Positions 19,445-28,841 of a DNA stretch of 64,000 nt are shown here, piece after piece. The translations under genes and the position numbers were made by a program. The notes below the pieces were generated by a model. It did no database searches. It was not told where the DNA came from and saw nothing but the letters and a program-made list of their open reading frames with translations. This DNA comes from a virus (taxonomy: Duplodnaviria; Caudoviricetes), in the IMG/VR virus record IMGVR_UViG_2772190776_000003, positions 1 to 64,000 of that record; one strand, 5' to 3'. How positions within the stretch are numbered: the stretch's first letter is position 1; each line of letters begins with the position of its first letter.

Positions 19445-19783
19445 TCAACTCTCCCCCAACAACCTCTGCACCCACCGCACACTCACCCCGTACTCCCGCG
19501 CCAGGGCGCGGGTGTTGCGGCCGTTGAACTTGGCGCGCACCTCTGTGGCGATGCGTTCACGCTCCATGACCCGGGGGTTGCGCACGTAAACGGTGGAGCC
19601 ACCCAGTCGGTCTACATAACGGCTAACCAACGCCTCGGTCAAATCTTCCACCCGCTCCACGCCATGGCACACGGCGGCGGCTGTCAGCTCTTCACGCAGC
19701 ACGGCGATGGGGTCCAGCTTGTTTGCTGCTGTGGTCTTTTTGCTCATGGTTTTGATAGCTGGTTGCGCTTGATTCATGGTCAT
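19445..19783 (-). CDS. Mor/C family transcription activator
   Basis: LGGSTVYV...FNGRNTRALAREYGVSVRWVQR. Confidence 0.85.
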   Translation of the reverse strand: MTMNQAQPAIKTMSKKTTAANKLDPIAVLREELTAAAVCHGVERVEDLTEALVSRYVDRLGGSTVYVRNPRVMERERIATEVRAKFNGRNTRALAREYGVSVRWVQRLLGES

Positions 19784-22700
19784 TGCAGGCTAATTGGGGC
19801 AAATATGTCTTCGTCGGCTGTACTGGTGGCAGGCTGCGCCACGGCAAGCGGTACGGGGGCGGCCGGTGTTGAGGGCTGTGCGCCCTGCTCTTGCGCGGGT
19901 GGTGTGCTGAACAGGTCTGGCGGGGGCTGCACGGTTTGCTCCAGTTGCAGCCATTTAGACTCTGGCCATTTGTGGAGGCCGTTGGCCATGGCGGCATGCA
20001 GCGAATAGTTTCGGCAGTTGCCCGCGATGAAGGTTTTGCCGCCACGGCGCACGATCAAGGTGCCATTGGGAACTGTTGCGCAATAGACACGCCCTGCGTA
20101 GTGCACGGTTTGGCCGATGTAGCCACGTTTGCCATTGCCACCGCCGTCTAGATAGGCACGCGAGGAAAGCCGTTCATAGACGTGGTATTGCAGTTTGGGG
20201 GTGGTGGGTGATTGATGCCCGCTGATGACAGGCCGGTGTTTGGGCTGCACCACCCGCATAGTGGCCGCGTTACCAGTTTTGATGAACAGCTCCTGCATGT
20301 CATCAGCCAGCAACCGCGATGTGGTTGCATAAGCCCGGTTTGGCCGGTGGTGCGCTTTGCGCTGCTGCGCCCAACCATCGCCTGCAATAGCGGCGTTCAG
20401 GAAGGCTGCGATTACGCTGGGCTTGGCATCTTTGATCCATTGCGGCACGCGGCGCTCATGCTGGAGTGCACCAAGCGGCGCCACGAGGTCGTAGACCTGT
20501 TTGCAGGTGAAGATGTATCTGTCATGGGTGACATGGAACTTCCAAGGCAGACGAGCGAGCAGTGCTTCAATTTCAAGACGTCGATGGGGCTTGGTTTGAT
20601 GGATGGTGACGCGCCTGCGCACATTGCCTTGTGTTTTGCTGCGCACCTCTTGCACGGAGCCTTCTGACACCCACCAGCCAAAGAAAGCGGCCATGTCATG
20701 CGCATCTACCGCGACTTCTGGGAACAAAAGGCGGTTTTGCGCTGATATGGAGGCGGGGATGACATAGGCGTCTGCCTGGTTGCCTTGCCAGGTGGCCGCA
20801 ATTTTGAGGGCATGGTGAACGGTGAGGTCTTTCGCCAAGGTAATGGCCGGTGACACATCCAAGTTCCATTTGCGCACGCCGGGGGCAATGGTCTGATGCG
20901 CTTTCTTCAAGGTCACCATGCGGTGCCCAGGCGTTACCAGCACATCAATGGACTTGCCTTTGAGTTGCACCATGTCGCCGCTGTAGGGTTTGTCAATGAG
21001 TAGCGATGGCTGCTGGTACTCCATCAGGTCGGTGGACAGGTTGACCGTGGCCAGAAGGTCTTCATAGCAGACATCGCCCCAGCGCTTCCAGCCTGTATGG
21101 GTGAGCACTTCAGTTTCTGCGTCAAAGCAGTCCAACACTTCATTGCGTGGGCGGCGTTTGACCCACTTGTAAACGTCCCGGCCTTGCACCTTGGCCAGGA
21201 TGCGCTGCTCGGCAGTGAGCTGCTCATACCATTCGCGGGGGAGCTCCTGGCTGGTGTGCACATAGCCGGGGCCTGGCTCTGTAATGGCGAGCTGGCCCAG
21301 CAGCAGGTCTTTGGCGTTGTCTACGCCTACGAGCCACAGCTTGATGCCTTTGGCGATCTTGCGGCCGCGGTGGTTGACCTCCTGCATGCTGCTGGGGCCC
21401 ACGATGTTGCGGTTGTCGTTGGTGTCACCCTTGATGGCACGGAGGTTGGCAATCCTGGTCTGGGTATTGCGCACCCAGTTGTAGACGGCCTGGGTCTGGT
21501 CTGAGGAGTCAATGCTGACTGCAGACAAGCCCAGGGTGCCACCGTGGAGCGCCTGGGGGAAGCGCTGGAGCAGGAACTGCTCTACGGGCTCCCAATCTGC
21601 GTCATTGGCTGGGTTGCCGTAGATGACGTGGTGCATCACTGTCCAGCTCTCCAGGCCCCTGCCCCACCCCCAGATGGCGATTTCCCAGCGGTCACGCTGC
21701 ACGTCAACCCCGGCTGTCAGGTACAGCGCGCCCACAGGTACGCGGCCGAGCGGAAAGTCCTCTGCCCGCTGCTGCAGCACGTGCTCGTCGCTGCTTTCGC
21801 CCTTCACCTCCCAGGTCTCGCCCAGCGTTTCGTTGGTGAAGCTGGTCATGGGGCCCACGTCGCCAGCTTGCATGGCGCGGTAGGCTTTTTCGTGCTCGTC
21901 CACGATGCTGGCCCATGTGCGCTGGGGGCTGTAGGCCGCCCAGATGTGCACACCCAGGGTGCGCGGTGGGCGGCAGGGCTCGCCCTTGGCGTTGCGCCAC
22001 TGGCCATCTGCGTCGTAGCGGATGCCGGTTTTCTTGCAGACCCATGCGCCGCTCAGGGGCCAGCCGCCGGGCAGGTAGTCTGCCTGGGTGATGCTTTCGC
22101 GGCAGTGGGGGCAGACGTGGCGCACGGTTTCGGGCTTGCCTTTTTCCCACTTGAAGCCATAGGGCAGGTCTTTGCTGCCCCAGATGAGCGGATGCTCACC
22201 ACCGCAGTGCGGGCACTCTATGTGGTACTGCACATAGGCTTCAGACTCTTCACAGGCACGCTCTACGTGGCACAGGCCTTTGATGCGGGGCGTGCTGCCG
22301 CCCACAAACTTGGGGTACGGCGCACCCTCCAGACGGCCCTTGGCCAGGCTGCCTGGGTCGCCGGACTTCTCAATGGTCTGATCGAATGCGGACCATTCAT
22401 CCAGAATGGACACGGCCACCGTAATACGCCGGTAAGCGCGTGCCGCCTTGCCACCCAGCAGGTGCAGCACCGAGTCACGGAAGGGCTTGTACTTGATGGT
22501 GTCCACCACGCCCTTGCCCTGCTTGCGTGCAGCGCGCACGGCGGGCACACCGTCCAGCACGGGCTCAATCTCGCTTTTGACGTAGCTGTCCCGGTCATCA
22601 TCCGTGGGCTGCCATAGCGCCTGCTTGCGGCGGCGGTGGGCGATGTTGTAGGCCACAAAGGCCGTGATCATCTTGGTATAGCCCACGCGCTTGGACTTTT

Positions 22701-22929
22701 TGACGGCCAGCTCCTCGATGCGGTCATCGCTCATGAAGTCCAGAATGCCGCGCTGGAAGGGCCACCCTACCCAGCCGCCCTTCTGGTGGCTGGACTCGCC
22801 CGCCAGAATGAAGTGCTGGGCCGCCCACTCGCTCAGCGTCTGCGGCTCATCGGCGCGCAGGCTCTCCAGCCCCAGCCGCACAGCGGCCTTGATGGCGTGC
22901 AGGGCTTCTTTACTCAGGGGCGCGGTCAT
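19780..22929 (-). CDS. Terminase large subunit GpA containing an intein
   Basis: KSKRVGYT Walker A, ILDE Walker B, GSTP, CPHC pairs, AGVDVQ nuclease motif. Confidence 0.95.
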   Translation of the reverse strand: MTAPLSKEALHAIKAAVRLGLESLRADEPQTLSEWAAQHFILAGESSHQKGGWVGWPFQRGILDFMSDDRIEELAVKKSKRVGYTKMITAFVAYNIAHRRRKQALWQPTDDDRDSYVKSEIEPVLDGVPAVRAARKQGKGVVDTIKYKPFRDSVLHLLGGKAARAYRRITVAVSILDEWSAFDQTIEKSGDPGSLAKGRLEGAPYPKFVGGSTPRIKGLCHVERACEESEAYVQYHIECPHCGGEHPLIWGSKDLPYGFKWEKGKPETVRHVCPHCRESITQADYLPGGWPLSGAWVCKKTGIRYDADGQWRNAKGEPCRPPRTLGVHIWAAYSPQRTWASIVDEHEKAYRAMQAGDVGPMTSFTNETLGETWEVKGESSDEHVLQQRAEDFPLGRVPVGALYLTAGVDVQRDRWEIAIWGWGRGLESWTVMHHVIYGNPANDADWEPVEQFLLQRFPQALHGGTLGLSAVSIDSSDQTQAVYNWVRNTQTRIANLRAIKGDTNDNRNIVGPSSMQEVNHRGRKIAKGIKLWLVGVDNAKDLLLGQLAITEPGPGYVHTSQELPREWYEQLTAEQRILAKVQGRDVYKWVKRRPRNEVLDCFDAETEVLTHTGWKRWGDVCYEDLLATVNLSTDLMEYQQPSLLIDKPYSGDMVQLKGKSIDVLVTPGHRMVTLKKAHQTIAPGVRKWNLDVSPAITLAKDLTVHHALKIAATWQGNQADAYVIPASISAQNRLLFPEVAVDAHDMAAFFGWWVSEGSVQEVRSKTQGNVRRRVTIHQTKPHRRLEIEALLARLPWKFHVTHDRYIFTCKQVYDLVAPLGALQHERRVPQWIKDAKPSVIAAFLNAAIAGDGWAQQRKAHHRPNRAYATTSRLLADDMQELFIKTGNAATMRVVQPKHRPVISGHQSPTTPKLQYHVYERLSSRAYLDGGGNGKRGYIGQTVHYAGRVYCATVPNGTLIVRRGGKTFIAGNCRNYSLHAAMANGLHKWPESKWLQLEQTVQPPPDLFSTPPAQEQGAQPSTPAAPVPLAVAQPATSTADEDIFAPISLQ
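20017..21129 (-). mobile_element. Intein (371 aa) with LAGLIDADG homing endonuclease
   Basis: Starts CFDAETEVLT after RNEVLD, block B TPGH, FFGWWVSEGS and FLNAAIAGDG motifs, ends VYCATVPNGTL...FIAGN followed by Cys+1. Confidence 0.9.
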
Positions 22930-23443
22930 CGTCGGCGTCCTCCTGGTCTTCAGTCATGCCATCCACTTGATCGGATACCAGCTTGGCTGTGCTGCGAATC
23001 CACTCATTGCGCGCATTGGCCAGCGTGCGCAACACCACCACCCGTGCGTCCTCTGGCAGGTCGGGGCAGGCCTTGCGCAAGTCGCCCTCCACCTGGTCCA
23101 TGCGGTCCACCACGGCAGATGCCGCCTGGCCCAGCACGTCAGCCAGCAGGCCGATGGGGGCGAACTCGCCACGGGCCACGGCGTTTTTCAGCTCCTGCGC
23201 CTCGCGCTGCGACCGTGCCAGCGCAGCGCGCTCCTGCACCAGATCCAGCCCACCGACTGAGGCACGGCCTGCCGCCATGTCACGCAGGCGCTCGCAATAC
23301 CCCAGCAGCCAGCCGTGGGCGTTGTCGCCCTTGGTCAACACTCCCTCACTGATCAGCGTGCTCACTCTGGCCTCACTGATGCCAACAATCTGCGCGAACT
23401 CCGCTTGAGAAATAGGAGCAGCCAAATAAGGCAGTATCTTCAC
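22910..23443 (-). CDS. Terminase small subunit (Nu1-like)
   Basis: N-terminal HTH SQAEFAQIVGIS, coiled coil, overlaps gpA. Confidence 0.85.
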   Translation of the reverse strand: MKILPYLAAPISQAEFAQIVGISEARVSTLISEGVLTKGDNAHGWLLGYCERLRDMAAGRASVGGLDLVQERAALARSQREAQELKNAVARGEFAPIGLLADVLGQAASAVVDRMDQVEGDLRKACPDLPEDARVVVLRTLANARNEWIRSTAKLVSDQVDGMTEDQEDADDDRAPE

Positions 23444-23477
23444 TTAACCCCCTTAGGAGCACCACAAAACACTGAGA

Positions 23478-23523
23478 CAGCGCGGCGCGAATTACCCGCG
23501 TCCGAGGCTGCCGGGAAGGACCC
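23478..23523 (-). other. Candidate cos region
   Basis: GGGTCCT (identical to lambda cosQ) at 23517-23523, followed by a GC-rich dyad just upstream of the small terminase. Confidence 0.55.
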
Positions 23524-23555
23524 GCGCACCCCAGCCACCATGACAGCCGCCGCCC

Positions 23556-24407
23556 TCATACGCCTGCCGCCTCACGAATGCGGAAGCGCACACGCTTGGC
23601 CAGGTAGTTCTCGGCGTCTGCACGCTTGGCCACCTTGTCCATGTCCAGCCGTTGTGTGTAGATACCCTGCTGCACGAACAGCAGCACAGCACGCACTTCC
23701 ATCCCTTCATGCCCCATGACTGCCCAGATACCAGGGCGCAGATGTTGCCCTCTCCCCCCCTTAGAACCGTGGCTGACAAAAAAGCGCTGGCCACGCACAT
23801 GCTTGGTCCACCCTTTTTGCCCCATGGGAATGTCATCTTTGCGGCTGTTCTTGTGGATGCGCTTATAGCCCTTCTCGGACATGTTCACCTTTGCACCACC
23901 GCCTTGAAATGACTGCAAGTAGCTGAGAAGCTTCTTGAGAAAATCCCCCCTCAGGTTGCCCTTACCATCGTCGCTCCCAGGGAATGGACCACCGTATTTT
24001 TCGTCAGGGATAACAGTTTGGTAGCCATTGGGCAGGATGCGCGCGCGGCGCAATGCCACCTCGCTGCGCTTGTCACGGCGCCGACCACCCCACGCCTGGG
24101 CATTCAAAATCTTCTGCGGGTCAACACCATCTCCACCCTTTCCCTTGGCTCGGCCCATGTAGGCAGGCTCGATGGTCACGCTCAGGCGCTCTGGCGTGGC
24201 CCGCTTGAACCGTGGGCTGCGCAGGATGTAATCCGTCGGGTCTTTGAACACCACACGCATTTCATCCTGCATCGCCCTGCGCACCTCAAAGCCCACGTCA
24301 TTGAGCGCCTTGGCAGCAGCCACGGCCATCTGCCTGCCGCTTAAACCGTGCAGCACACGCAGCGCCTCAGCTTGCCCAATCACCTTGGCACCCAACCTAA
24401 TGTGCAT
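23556..24407 (-). CDS. Phage protein, gpZ-like tail completion family (tentative)
   Basis: 283 aa basic protein with AAAKALND motif, upstream of cos. Confidence 0.55.
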   Translation of the reverse strand: MHIRLGAKVIGQAEALRVLHGLSGRQMAVAAAKALNDVGFEVRRAMQDEMRVVFKDPTDYILRSPRFKRATPERLSVTIEPAYMGRAKGKGGDGVDPQKILNAQAWGGRRRDKRSEVALRRARILPNGYQTVIPDEKYGGPFPGSDDGKGNLRGDFLKKLLSYLQSFQGGGAKVNMSEKGYKRIHKNSRKDDIPMGQKGWTKHVRGQRFFVSHGSKGGRGQHLRPGIWAVMGHEGMEVRAVLLFVQQGIYTQRLDMDKVAKRADAENYLAKRVRFRIREAAGV

Positions 24408-25503
24408 TCAGACCTCCAAACTGATTCCGATAGGCCTGCATCACACGGGCCTCATAGACACTGAACAGCCTGTCCTTGCTTTCATCCCACACGCCCAAGC
24501 CAAGCTGCTGCCCCATCAGCTCAATGCCAGAACGGGTCTCGTGCCACTGACCTGCGACACCTGTAACGCCTGTCACGCTACCTGTAACGCCACCTGTAAC
24601 GGGTGCTGGAACGGCCTGCGACGCATCCAGCCAGCGCGACTCTTTCAGCCAGCGCAACACACTGGGACAGGCCTTGCCGTCATCCCGGCACAGCGCCGCG
24701 GACTGGGCAGCCGCAGCCGTCAGCAACTGCTGCTCTGTGACCGCACCACCCTCCACAAGGCGCGTAACCATGCGGGCTACCTCGATGACGCGAGTGCGCC
24801 GGTGTTCAGGGAAAAAGCCCATCAGCTTGCTCACCGTGGCCGCAGGGTTCTCCAGCTTCAAGCCCTTGCTGGTTGCCAGTTCTGCGCCCTCCTGCTCACC
24901 GGATTGCTCAGCAGACTGTTCGGCAGACTCAACTGCTTCACCCGTCACAGCCCCCCCTGCAGGGGGGTTGGGGGGTAAGTTTTGGTTATGGGTATTGGTT
25001 AATGGGGAATGGTTAGCCGTGACAGGTGCGTGACAGGTCCGTGACAGGTCAACCCCTTTGCAATGCTCATTGAAAGCAGCACGCACCTCAGCAATCGGCG
25101 CATTCCACAACAAATGCACACCCACCTTGCGCAGCGCCTCAAACATGGCTGCACGCTGCTGCCTGTGCACCTGCTGGCGGCGGTTCACCGAATCCTTCAC
25201 AGCGCCATTCGCCGCCACCTTCTCGCGGTACTCCTGCAGCTCACGCTCGCACCGTGGCTGCACGTACCGCTCAGCGTCGATATCGAGATCGAAGAACTCA
25301 TCCAGCACATACTTCAGCGCCTGCTTCTCTTCCTCAGACTGGCAGCACAGCCTGCGCGCCAGCCGGTCAAAGTCCGTAGCATCCAGCGCCTCCTCAGTCA
25401 CGTAGTAAAACTCGATCGCATCGCGATATATCGAGCGCTCCAGCCGCGTCAAATGCCGCGTGGCCGTGTTGAAGTCGCCAATATGGTGGGGATAGTGATT
25501 CAT
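24397..25503 (-). CDS. YdaU/DUF1376 family replication initiator
   Basis: MNHYPHHIGDFNTATRHLTRLE N-terminus, internal repeats. Confidence 0.85.
   Translation of the reverse strand: MNHYPHHIGDFNTATRHLTRLERSIYRDAIEFYYVTEEALDATDFDRLARRLCCQSEEEKQALKYVLDEFFDLDIDAERYVQPRCERELQEYREKVAANGAVKDSVNRRQQVHRQQRAAMFEALRKVGVHLLWNAPIAEVRAAFNEHCKGVDLSRTCHAPVTANHSPLTNTHNQNLPPNPPAGGAVTGEAVESAEQSAEQSGEQEGAELATSKGLKLENPAATVSKLMGFFPEHRRTRVIEVARMVTRLVEGGAVTEQQLLTAAAAQSAALCRDDGKACPSVLRWLKESRWLDASQAVPAPVTGGVTGSVTGVTGVAGQWHETRSGIELMGQQLGLGVWDESKDRLFSVYEARVMQAYRNQFGGLNAH
25018..25048. repeat. Iteron-like repeats (candidate origin)
   Basis: CGTGACAGG three times at 11-bp period, plus four inverted CCTGT(A/C)ACG copies at about 24560-24601. 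Confidence 0.55.
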
Positions 25504-25526
25504 CGTTTTCTGCCTCCGCCCCACAC

Positions 25527-25916
25527 TCACACCAGCGCCTGCTGCTGCGGCACCGCCCGAATAGGCGTGATATCGTGGCCCGTCACGCTGCACTTGCGCA
25601 GCACCTGCAGGCGCTCCACCCGCCGCGCCTTCACCAGGCCATTGACCGTGCTGGAAATGCTCGACATATCCACCCACGCACCCGTCGCATTGAAATACGC
25701 CGTGCGCAGCTCCTTGGCAGACATATTCACCACCCCCTGGCGGTGCTGCTCAATCAACACCGCCAGCAAACGGCCCTGAAACTGGGCCATCAGCTTGGGG
25801 CTCAGCCCCCAGTACGCCTGTGCCTTGGCATCCAGCGAAGTGACAAACGCCACCCCACCGCCACCAGCAGCGGCAGCAGCTGCCACAGGCATAGCAGCCA
25901 TCGACTCAGCTTGCAT
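25527..25916 (-). CDS. Hypothetical winged-helix-like phage protein
   Basis: 129 aa with GGAGG RBS, between cII and the replication gene. Confidence 0.65.
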   Translation of the reverse strand: MQAESMAAMPVAAAAAAGGGGVAFVTSLDAKAQAYWGLSPKLMAQFQGRLLAVLIEQHRQGVVNMSAKELRTAYFNATGAWVDMSSISSTVNGLVKARRVERLQVLRKCSVTGHDITPIRAVPQQQALV

Positions 25917-26063
25917 AGTTCACCTCCGATATCGAAGTGCAGGAATAAAAAGCCCCGACCACTGCACTGCAGCGTGTTGACGCTGCCGGAGACATGAGCA
26001 GCCACCCGCAGCACAGCATGGGAAAAGTCAGGGGGGAAAAACTTTGAGATATCGCGCGCATGG

Positions 26064-26594
26064 CTACACCTCGCGCTTGGCAGCCCTTGCAGCCACCGTG
26101 TTCACCAGCGCCGTAATACCGGCCATCAGCTCATTGGCCTCATGCTCCACACGGCGCAGCGCATTGGCACTCACCGCCCCGCGCTCAGGGCGCAAGGCAT
26201 CTGCAGCTGCAGCGGTGAAGTCCCCCATGGCCTGCTGCACAAAGCGAAAAGCCTCCCAGGCATCGCCCTCTGCCATATCAGGGCGGCTGCGCAGGCAGGT
26301 ATGGTCCAGCTGGGCCGCCATGGCATGCAGCACATAAGGCAGGCCAGACACCACCTGCAAGGCCACAGCCTCCTTCAACGTCAGGTGGTGCGTGCTGTTA
26401 TTGGGGTTCAGCTTGTGCTGCAGCGTGTTAGGTGACACACCCATGCGCTGCGCCAGAGCACCAACACCACCAGGCGTCTCTTGCGCAATCAGAAAGGCGG
26501 CATCCAGCACATCCATGCCACGGGCAATGTCGGCCTTGGGCGCGTTTTCGCCATAGACCGGCACCGCAGCCGCCATGAAACTAAAGCCTGTCAT
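26064..26594 (-). CDS. CII-like regulatory protein (CP76/YmfL family)
   Basis: PGGVGALAQRMG...LQHKLNPNNSTHHLT. Confidence 0.85.
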   Translation of the reverse strand: MTGFSFMAAAVPVYGENAPKADIARGMDVLDAAFLIAQETPGGVGALAQRMGVSPNTLQHKLNPNNSTHHLTLKEAVALQVVSGLPYVLHAMAAQLDHTCLRSRPDMAEGDAWEAFRFVQQAMGDFTAAAADALRPERGAVSANALRRVEHEANELMAGITALVNTVAARAAKREV

Positions 26595-26617
26595 CAGCCC
26601 CCCCTTTCGGAGACACC

Positions 26618-26869
26618 ATGGCAACAGCACCCACACCAACCGCAGCACCAAGCGCAGAAGAATTTGCAGCCCTGCAACTACGCGTCACAGCGCTGGAAGA
26701 ATTTCTGGCCCAGCTGGCCACAGTCCTGGAATGCGAGCCACGCGGCTTCACCGCAGAACGGATGAACCACTGGCTGAACATCTGCACAGCCAAAATGATC
26801 ACCACCGGCAGCGCCAAGCCCGAAGAAGTCGCCGCACTGCGCCGCTTGCAAGGCATCGTTGTGGGGTAA
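26618..26869 (+). CDS. Hypothetical protein
   Basis: 83 aa with GGAGA RBS. Confidence 0.55.
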   Translation: MATAPTPTAAPSAEEFAALQLRVTALEEFLAQLATVLECEPRGFTAERMNHWLNICTAKMITTGSAKPEEVAALRRLQGIVVG

Positions 26870-26974
26870 GCGCCATGCTGCACAGCCGCAACACCCGATA
26901 TGGCGCCTGCACACCCCGTGGCTACGATGGAGGCTCCTACACCAACCACCGAACCACGGAGAGCGGACACAACC

Positions 26975-27193
26975 ATGGGCATCCTAGACTCACAGCGCAT
27001 CGACATCCCCTGCCCGAACTGCGGACACAAGCGCAGCGAGACGATCGCAAAGCTTCGCCTCAATCCAAAGCTCACCTGCAACGGATGTGGCACAACGCTG
27101 AACATCGACACCAGAAGTCTGGACACCGCTGCCAAAAAAATCGACAAGAGCATTGCGGACCTTCACCGAACGCTCCGCCGCATTGGCAAGTAA
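26975..27193 (+). CDS. Small zinc-ribbon protein
   Basis: CPNC and CNGC pairs, basic C-terminal helix. Confidence 0.7.
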   Translation: MGILDSQRIDIPCPNCGHKRSETIAKLRLNPKLTCNGCGTTLNIDTRSLDTAAKKIDKSIADLHRTLRRIGK

Positions 27194-27256
27194 TTGCAGG
27201 TCTGCAACCATGGCATCCAGGCCATCAAGGTGCACGCTTATGTGCTCAGTCGTCAT
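26990..27256 (-). CDS. Hypothetical protein antisense to the zinc-ribbon gene
   Basis: AGGAG RBS, follows 27268-27498 in the cro operon. Confidence 0.4.
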   Translation of the reverse strand: MTTEHISVHLDGLDAMVADLQLLANAAERSVKVRNALVDFFGSGVQTSGVDVQRCATSVAGELWIEAKLCDRLAALVSAVRAGDVDAL

Positions 27257-27267
27257 ATCACGCACTC

Positions 27268-27498
27268 CTACAACAAAACCTCGGCCGCGCAGCGGGCAGC
27301 GCTCAGCGCCTCCAGCTGCAGCAGTGGGCCGAGGGGATCAGATTGGAAAGTGACGGCCTTGACGCTCAGCGCACGCGCCTGCCAGTACAGACGAACCGCG
27401 CGCGCCTGAACCAGCGTATCTGGGGTGCATGCGTCAACGGCTGGCCCCAATTCAGACAGCAGGCCGCTGAGGATTCGCTCACGCTGCGCATCAAGCAT
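27268..27498 (-). CDS. Hypothetical protein
   Basis: 76 aa, overlaps the cro stop. Confidence 0.5.
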   Translation of the reverse strand: MLDAQRERILSGLLSELGPAVDACTPDTLVQARAVRLYWQARALSVKAVTFQSDPLGPLLQLEALSAARCAAEVLL

Positions 27499-27736
27499 TG
27501 GAGCTCCCGTTCTGTACCTGTTCAGGAACGATCGTTGGCTTCACGCCATCCGGTGCTTCAACACCGTATCCCTCTCCGATAGCGAGGATTGCAGTGCCGA
27601 GGGAGTACCGTGGCTCACGGGTCTTACCTGAAGCCAGATCAGAAATAGTGGTTTGCCCACAGCCGACTAGATTCGCCAGACGGCTTTGAGAAACCCCCTT
27701 TTCAAAGATTTCGGCGATGTAGTCTTTCCATTGCAT
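27491..27736 (-). CDS. cro: Cro-like HTH repressor
   Basis: SQSRLANLVGCGQTTISDL, divergent from cI. Confidence 0.85.
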   Translation of the reverse strand: MQWKDYIAEIFEKGVSQSRLANLVGCGQTTISDLASGKTREPRYSLGTAILAIGEGYGVEAPDGVKPTIVPEQVQNGSSNA

Positions 27737-27743
27737 GGAATGA

Positions 27744-27803
27744 ACTATATCGGTTTGCCGATTTTTACACAAGCGGTTTACCGCTATCGGAATTCCGTAT
27801 GCT
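27744..27803. promoter_or_regulatory. OR operators with PR and PRM promoters
   Basis: ATCGGTTTGCCGAT, AGCGGTTTACCGCT and ATCGGAATTCCGTA. PR is TTGTGT-17-TATAGT on the minus strand and the PRM -10 is TATGCT. Confidence 0.75.
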
Positions 27804-27810
27804 TTGCACT

Positions 27811-28464
27811 ATGAATACAGAGTTCGGCCAACGCCTTAAAACAGCACGCAAAGCGGCAAAAATGACCCAAGCTGATCTGGCCAAAAAGGTCGGTATCGGC
27901 CAGTCAACCATTGCTGAGCTTGAAAAGTCCGGCAACGGCTCCAGCCATGTCCCCGTCATGGCGGCCGTACTCGGCTGCTCCGCGTTGTGGTTAGCTACTG
28001 GCGAAGGTCAAATGAATACCCCTGTTGGGGCTGGATCAAATGTTGAACCAGGTCCAGACATAAGAGGCAAGGTACCCCTGGTTTCTTGGGTCCAGGCGGG
28101 TGCTTGGTGTGAGGCGTGCAATCCTGTGGACATATCAGAAGTAGAGCGCTGGCTTGCTTGCCCAGTGCCACATAGCAAAAGCACATTCGTACTGCGCGTG
28201 CGCGGAGACAGCATGACAGCCCCGTCCGGCAATGCACGCACCTACCCGGAAGGCTGCTTTATTTTTGTGGACCCTGAGCGGCGCTCCCCCGTGAACGGGG
28301 ACCGCATCGTGGCCTGCCTGGCCGGCAGCAATGAGGTGACATTCAAAGTCTTCAAAGACGAAGACGGCCGCCGCTGGCTGCAGCCCCTGAACCCCAGCCA
28401 CGAGCCCATCCGCGAGCCCTTCAAGGTGCTGGGCACAGTGATTGGGAAATGGGAGGATGGGTAG
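27811..28464 (+). CDS. cI: CI repressor (HTH + S24 peptidase)
   Basis: XRE HTH, VQAG cleavage site, GDSM serine and TFK lysine. Confidence 0.95.
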   Translation: MNTEFGQRLKTARKAAKMTQADLAKKVGIGQSTIAELEKSGNGSSHVPVMAAVLGCSALWLATGEGQMNTPVGAGSNVEPGPDIRGKVPLVSWVQAGAWCEACNPVDISEVERWLACPVPHSKSTFVLRVRGDSMTAPSGNARTYPEGCFIFVDPERRSPVNGDRIVACLAGSNEVTFKVFKDEDGRRWLQPLNPSHEPIREPFKVLGTVIGKWEDG

Positions 28465-28555
28465 GAACCCTCTGCACATCTAGGACAACACCAACAACTC
28501 ATGGCTTTGCAACTGAAAAATAGTTACACTGCTAGGCCAACCTAACACTCACGGC

Positions 28556-28819
28556 ATGTCAAAGCACGACAAAACGATCGCGAAACTTACAGCGAAGCCT
28601 GTGCCAACAGATTTGAAATGGGATGACCTTGTTGGACTGCTCTCGCACCTAGGCTATGAACAACTCAACAACAACGGGTCAAGGCGTAAATTTGTGAACA
28701 AAACTAGCGGTCACATGTTGTCTTTGCATGAACCTCACCCTCAAAACGTTATCAAACAATACGTCGTTCGGATGGTCTGCGAAGAGCTCATCAACCAGGG
28801 ATTGATTGCTGAAAAATGA
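28556..28819 (+). CDS. hicA: HicA family mRNA interferase toxin
   Basis: GSRRKF...LHEPHP. Confidence 0.9.
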   Translation: MSKHDKTIAKLTAKPVPTDLKWDDLVGLLSHLGYEQLNNNGSRRKFVNKTSGHMLSLHEPHPQNVIKQYVVRMVCEELINQGLIAEK

Positions 28820-28841
28820 ATTCACTCTAAGAGGTACCGCA

